IMG/VR virus record: IMGVR_UViG_3300025723_000019
Span: 62,001 to 121,340 of that record
DNA: 59,340 nt
From: an uncultured virus (IMG/VR IMGVR_UViG_3300025723_000019)
Taxonomy: Duplodnaviria > Heunggongvirae > Uroviricota > Caudoviricetes
Reading direction: 5' to 3' (one strand)
The position numbers were made by a program, and so were the translations under genes. This document shows positions 55,050 through 59,340 of the stretch, piece after piece. Every line of letters starts with the position of its first letter. Position 1 is the stretch's first letter. The notes beneath the pieces are model-generated. The model had not been told where the DNA came from. It was given only the letters and a program-made list of their open reading frames with translations, and searched no databases.

Positions 55050-55318
55050 TCTTCCTCGTCGGGCGGCAACAACGCTACCAAATCGGCTACTTCTTGTGCG
55101 TGTTCGTGCAGGTGGGCGACACTTTCGCCACTGCGAACGAGACGAACGAATTCCAGCCCCGTCATATTGAGGCGAACCTTGGCGAACTGGTCTACGCCAA
55201 GCCAGATGTCCATAACCGAGAACTCTTTAAGGATTTCACTGCGAACTGCGTCTTCTTCTTCATTCGCCATTTGGAAACCACGGCTCCCCGTTGCGAAGAA
55301 TTGGTTCGCAGCCGTCAA
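55046..55318 (-). CDS. hypothetical protein; true start probably the internal MANEEE
   Basis: Fills the gap between neighbouring genes. Confidence 0.45.
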   Translation of the reverse strand: MTAANQFFATGSRGFQMANEEEDAVRSEILKEFSVMDIWLGVDQFAKVRLNMTGLEFVRLVRSGESVAHLHEHAQEVADLVALLPPDEEE

Positions 55319-55763
55319 TCGGCTCGGTCAAGGTGATTACGTCAACGCCTGCCTCGGACAAGATGAGGTCGGCCAGCAAGGTGCTTTCTTCCCAGTGCAG
55401 ATGGTCAGATTGGCTCGTGTAGCGCACAAGTCTGCTGATGCCTGCCTGAGCAATCGCCCTAGCGCAGTCGGCGCAGGCTGCCCAGACAGCCACCATCGTC
55501 AGGCCCTCGGTCTTCAGGCCGTTTCTAGCAGCCGCGTAGATGGAGTTGCGCTCGGCGTGTTCGACAAACGCGTACTTGGTAGGTCGTACCCAGCGTTTGT
55601 CGAAGTATTCCACCCCAGCCGGGAACTCGTTGACGGCCAATGTCTGTGGGATGAGGGACAAGCCCCTTACCAGCACTGCTGCGTTTTGGGTTGATGGGTC
55701 TGGCGATTGTTGGGCAGTCCTCACGAGGCCAGCCATAATTTTCACCACCGCATCGTGGGTCAC
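55260..55763 (-). CDS. dCMP deaminase-like protein
   Basis: SPDPSTQ, EHAERNSIY, ACADCARAI, L.EAGV. Confidence 0.88.
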   Translation of the reverse strand: MTHDAVVKIMAGLVRTAQQSPDPSTQNAAVLVRGLSLIPQTLAVNEFPAGVEYFDKRWVRPTKYAFVEHAERNSIYAAARNGLKTEGLTMVAVWAACADCARAIAQAGISRLVRYTSQSDHLHWEESTLLADLILSEAGVDVITLTEPIDGCEPILRNGEPWFPNGE

Positions 55764-55969
55764 TTTGACGTAGATGCGTTCTTTGAGTTTGCAATCCCAA
55801 AGAAAATTTGCAACGTTCCACCAAGTGCCAGCGAGTAGCAGAGCGCGCCGATGGCAGGCTTCCAGCCGAAGACGATGAATACGACCAGTGGGCCGAAGAT
55901 GACCGTCAAGCCAAAGGCAATGAAAACCAAAAGGAAAATTGCCAAGACAAAAAATTCCAGCACTTTCAC
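55760..55969 (-). CDS. small membrane protein
   Basis: Two hydrophobic segments. Confidence 0.6.
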   Translation of the reverse strand: MKVLEFFVLAIFLLVFIAFGLTVIFGPLVVFIVFGWKPAIGALCYSLALGGTLQIFFGIANSKNASTSK

Positions 55970-56199
55970 GACAACTTCCTCACCCTCACCGAGACGTAAT
56001 GCTCGTCGTTTTCATCGAAGCCACGCAATTCCAACTCGTCGGACACAACCAACGGAACCTCTTTGGTGAAGGTTCCGTTGGACTGCATCCAAAAGTAGAA
56101 GGGGAACTTGCGCTCAACGTATCCACGGACTTCTTGGCCTGAACTGCAATAGGCCGTAGTCGGTGGCTCGGTTTCTACCACTACTTCGTATCTCGTCAT
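55966..56199 (-). CDS. hypothetical protein
   Basis: 77 aa; GTGA overlap downstream. Confidence 0.5.
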   Translation of the reverse strand: MTRYEVVVETEPPTTAYCSSGQEVRGYVERKFPFYFWMQSNGTFTKEVPLVVSDELELRGFDENDEHYVSVRVRKLS

Positions 56200-56242
56200 A
56201 GGGGTAAGACTACACCCCTAGTCAGCGACGTGGGTGGGGGGA

Positions 56243-56977
56243 TTAAACCTCGATGGTGACGAAGTTGCCGGTGTCGTTGTCCCGGTTCAGGCCGTTGACC
56301 ACGGTTCCTGAATCCAACGTGCAAGTGTAGAACTGGTGAAGGTGGCCGTGGTACGCCGTGTGCGCTCCACAGGCATCCAAAGCAGCCCGAACCCGGTTCT
56401 GGTTCTCAATGGACTTCTCGGCAGCCTGAGGCCCCCACTGGCTCAACTTGCGTCGAAGGCCAGCAGTCTCCTGAACGCCAGTCGGCGCATCGTGGCTGAG
56501 GAAGATATCGGCAGGGCCGTTGCTGATTGACCGAGCAACATCTTCGTCAGTGACCATCTCCTGAGGCCACCACGAGACGTGTGGCTTGCGATACTTGATG
56601 TCCACCGAATACGCCCCACCGAAGGCACGGAAAGTGGTGTCGCCAATCACGAGGTTAGAGCCACGAGACAGGTAGGTGACCCCATCGGCAATGGGGACGT
56701 GACCGTTCTCGTCTTGGTCAAGGTCGAACAACATATCGAAGTTCTCGTGGTTTCCGTCTAGCCAGTAGAACGGCACACCGGTCTGCTGAACCATCTCGGC
56801 AGTTAACGCCGAGAAGTCACACAGCCCATCCGGGCCAATTGACCAGCCGTAGCCGTAGTCGCCCACTTGGATAATGGCAGAGCAATCCCCATAGTGGGCC
56901 TTGGAGAAAACTTGTTGGAGAGCGTGCGGATTGCCGTGCAAATCCCCGGCAAGCAGCACTTTTGTCTTGTTTGTCAT
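56243..56977 (-). CDS. metallophosphoesterase
   Basis: AGDLHGN, QVGDYG, DGNHEN, GGAYSVD, SHDAP, HGHLH. Confidence 0.9.
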   Translation of the reverse strand: MTNKTKVLLAGDLHGNPHALQQVFSKAHYGDCSAIIQVGDYGYGWSIGPDGLCDFSALTAEMVQQTGVPFYWLDGNHENFDMLFDLDQDENGHVPIADGVTYLSRGSNLVIGDTTFRAFGGAYSVDIKYRKPHVSWWPQEMVTDEDVARSISNGPADIFLSHDAPTGVQETAGLRRKLSQWGPQAAEKSIENQNRVRAALDACGAHTAYHGHLHQFYTCTLDSGTVVNGLNRDNDTGNFVTIEV

Positions 56978-56983
56978 ACCTTC

Positions 56984-57012
56984 AGTGTACCTTAGGTGGT
57001 TTCGGAAGTCAA
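56984..57012 (-). promoter_or_regulatory. promoter of a leaderless gene
   Basis: TTGACT-N17-TACACT, 6 nt from ATG. Confidence 0.75.
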
Positions 57013-57094
57013 GTCCCGTTCCAGCATCCGAGCGCAGGGTTCCAAAACGCAGTACGCTGCGTCAAGTCATAACCCGTAGGAAAGGGATTTCACT

Positions 57095-58342
57095 ATGTTG
57101 TCGCTCACGATGATTGTCAAGAACGGCGAGGAACACATCGCCCAGACGCTGGTGTGTGCCAAGGAAATTTGTGACGAAATGATTGTCGTGGACACTGGTT
57201 CTACCGACAAGACCGTCGAAATTGCCAAGTCCTACGGAGCCAAGGTCTTCCACTTTGACTGGATTGACGATTTCAGTGCAGCCCGCAACGAGGCCATCCG
57301 TCACGCCACGGGCGATTGGTTGATTTGGCTGGACTGCGGCGACGTGATTCCACCACAGGCCATCGAAGGGTTCAAGAACCTGAAGATGCAACTGAAGACC
57401 AATAAGGAAGTGGACTTCGTTTGGTGCAACATCAACCGGGGCATCACTGACGAAGGCGTTGTGGTGTTCAAGTTCAACACGCCCCGTTTCTGGCGAGCCT
57501 CGGTCAAGACCAAGTGGATTGGTGCTGTTCACGAATACCTAGACCGTTCCAACGAGAACGCTTTGATTTGGGCCGATGCGTGGGTGGATGACCCGTTGGC
57601 GATGAACAACACTCCGACGGAGCGCAACATCAAGATTCTGCGTGGACTTTTGGATAAGGGCGATGATTCACCACGCACTGCCTACTACTACGCCAACGAA
57701 CTTCGTGACCATAAGCGTTGGGATGAGGCCATCGAAGCCTACGACCACTTCCTGAGCCTGAACCATTTCACTTGGGAGTACTACGACGCTTTGGTTTCGC
57801 AAGCCAACTGCTACCGACAGGGTGACCCTGAGCGCACCAAGGGTGGTTTGGAAAAGGCCGTTGACTGCTACTTCAAGGCAATGCAGTTCACGCCTATCCG
57901 TGCTGAAGCCTACGTTGCCCTAGGGGACATTTCCTACGAGGCCCAGCGTTGGGATGGCGCAGTGCCGTTCTATCGTGCGGTGATTGGGATGAAGCGACCA
58001 ATGGAAGGCTTCGTCATTGAGACTGCCTACACTTGGCTGCCTTGGGACAGGCTGTCCATTTGCTACGGGAATATGGGACTGCTGGAAGAAGCCGTCGAAG
58101 CCACCGAGCGTTGCCTGCGTGAAGCCCCACCGAGCGAGTGGATGCGCTTGTGCAAGAACCTCACGATGTATCACCAAGCCATCCAGCAGAACCGTCAGAA
58201 CTTTGAAGTTTGGAAGGCCCAGCAACAGCAGTTGCTCCAGCAGCAGCAAGATGCTCAGAACGCGGCGAAGCAGCAGAAGGCATTGCCCCCTGCTGCCAAG
58301 CAAGTCTCTAATGGCCGGGTGACCCCGAAGAAGGTTCGCTAG
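57095..58342 (+). CDS. GT2 family glycosyltransferase with TPR repeats
   Basis: LSLTMIVKN.E, VVDTGSTDKT, DDFSAARN, WLDCGD, WIGAVHE, then TPR-like helices. Confidence 0.9.
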   Translation: MLSLTMIVKNGEEHIAQTLVCAKEICDEMIVVDTGSTDKTVEIAKSYGAKVFHFDWIDDFSAARNEAIRHATGDWLIWLDCGDVIPPQAIEGFKNLKMQLKTNKEVDFVWCNINRGITDEGVVVFKFNTPRFWRASVKTKWIGAVHEYLDRSNENALIWADAWVDDPLAMNNTPTERNIKILRGLLDKGDDSPRTAYYYANELRDHKRWDEAIEAYDHFLSLNHFTWEYYDALVSQANCYRQGDPERTKGGLEKAVDCYFKAMQFTPIRAEAYVALGDISYEAQRWDGAVPFYRAVIGMKRPMEGFVIETAYTWLPWDRLSICYGNMGLLEEAVEATERCLREAPPSEWMRLCKNLTMYHQAIQQNRQNFEVWKAQQQQLLQQQQDAQNAAKQQKALPPAAKQVSNGRVTPKKVR

Positions 58343-58566
58343 ACCACGAACAAGTGCGGGGGTGTTTCGACCTCGTGCTTCGTGCCGTAGTAGTCCACGA
58401 TGGTCACCGTGCCGCGCTGCCAGACCTCGCCGGTGTAGCCCTTGGTGTTGCGGTAGTGGTGAACAATCAGATGGCTAGCGTCGGCCTTGGCTTGACCTAT
58501 TGACGCAGCGTCAACGTAGAACGTTCGTGACCGCTTGCCGTGTTTCGCTCTGACGCAATATCGCAT
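58339..58566 (-). CDS. hypothetical protein
   Basis: 75 aa; convergent with the GT2 gene. Confidence 0.5.
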   Translation of the reverse strand: MRYCVRAKHGKRSRTFYVDAASIGQAKADASHLIVHHYRNTKGYTGEVWQRGTVTIVDYYGTKHEVETPPHLFVV

Positions 58567-58575
58567 ACGCCCAAC

Positions 58576-58842
58576 CTACTTTGATTCCTCGTCGTACTTC
58601 TCCATCGTGCTGATGAGGATGCCGAAGACGAGAGCGACCACGGCGTAGACCACGACAATCCAAAATGCCGACAGGAACAACTGGCCAGCGAACGTGGTGG
58701 TGTGGAGCCGGACAGTGGCCACGGATACGAACAGGGTCGCCCAGAGGAACGAGCAGAGGTGAAGCCACTTGGCCCACGGCTTCCATCGAAGCCGGAGCCG
58801 ACGAGCGTGCTTTGGCCGACGAGCGTGCTTGGCCGCGGTCAT
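58576..58842 (-). CDS. two-TM membrane protein with KHAR N-terminus
   Basis: AKHARRPKHARR followed by two hydrophobic segments. Confidence 0.55.
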   Translation of the reverse strand: MTAAKHARRPKHARRLRLRWKPWAKWLHLCSFLWATLFVSVATVRLHTTTFAGQLFLSAFWIVVVYAVVALVFGILISTMEKYDEESK

Positions 58843-59108
58843 TGCGCCACCCGGAGTGGGGTGCTGTCACCCTCAACGAGAGCCTGCACTGCCTCACGAG
58901 CCGCGTACCACTCAGCCCATTCTTCCTCGCTGTGACGATTCACGTCAAGGAGCGTGGGGAGCAGGTCGGCAATCTTGGCGAGGTGCATTGAGAGGTACAT
59001 CGCCGCGGTGTCGGACACCCAAGTCCGACCCGGTGGCAATGCGATGTCGCTCAGACGCTCAGACGCTTCGCGGAGGATGTTCAGTTCGGGGACTTGGTTC
59101 TCGGTCAT
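58839..59108 (-). CDS. hypothetical protein
   Basis: 89 aa; ATGA overlaps. Confidence 0.55.
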   Translation of the reverse strand: MTENQVPELNILREASERLSDIALPPGRTWVSDTAAMYLSMHLAKIADLLPTLLDVNRHSEEEWAEWYAAREAVQALVEGDSTPLRVAQ

Positions 59109-59305
59109 CGGGCCACCTTGTGGTTGTAGTTGGATGAGGTGATGTCGCTGGCCTCGTCACGCTCGCTCCATCCGGGGGACAGGCGGTTGATGACCTTGGT
59201 GAGGCGCACGATTCGGTAGTCGCACCAAGTGTGCTGACGCTCAGACGCTGCAAGTGCAGCCGTGAGGCGAGCCACTTCTTTCTTCAGTTGACGCTTCGTG
59301 GTCAT
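59105..59305 (-). CDS. hypothetical protein
   Basis: AAGGAG RBS before MTTKRQ. Confidence 0.5.
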   Translation of the reverse strand: MTTKRQLKKEVARLTAALAASERQHTWCDYRIVRLTKVINRLSPGWSERDEASDITSSNYNHKVAR

Positions 59306-59340
59306 TGGTTCTCCTTGGTTGGTCGGTGTCACACCGGTAT

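Noticed and set aside
2787..57094. GATTTCACT as a by-product of a Ser-Glu-Ile peptide preference
   Set aside because: It occurs in several reading frames, in both orientations and in intergenic DNA.
58797..58833. Short direct repeat GCCGACGAGCGTGCTT
   Set aside because: Encodes the duplicated KHARR peptide; only two copies.
1..59340. Stop-codon reassignment
   Set aside because: Recognisable genes are full length under the standard code and end at TAG, TGA and TAA.

Overview
Fragment of a large tailed-phage genome, mostly transcribed on the minus strand. The host is probably actinobacterial (two WhiB genes, an Rpf-like transglycosylase, many leaderless genes). Reading along the minus strand (high to low coordinates): small accessory genes, a lysis module (GH25 endolysin plus membrane proteins), SSB and WhiB, portal, and an XkdF-type prohead protease. 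Next comes an ~18.4 kb cassette (20447-38869) in which 10 ORFs carry 19 copies of one peptide tag, hydrophobic-x-K-(GDxx or GGxGSGxxx)-GHxF(H/R)GNQ(W/Y). The tags precede unrelated domains: HipA/PI3-4K-like kinases, two kinds of ADP-ribosyltransferase-like domain, a RelA/SpoT-like synthetase, a ParB-like domain and His/Ala-rich helices; a Dps gene lies inside the cassette. After a 6 kb non-structural island come scaffold, decoration protein, major capsid, nucleotide-related genes, tail fibres and head-tail joining genes. Top hypothesis (inference): a tag-directed, protease-processed system for loading effectors into the phage head. Separately, the 9-mer GATTTCACT occurs 26 times (22 on +, 4 on -) in several reading frames, and a strong promoter at 16300 appears to drive a structured non-coding RNA. 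All family calls come from motif recognition by eye, with no database searches. No terminase, tRNA or CRISPR array was seen.
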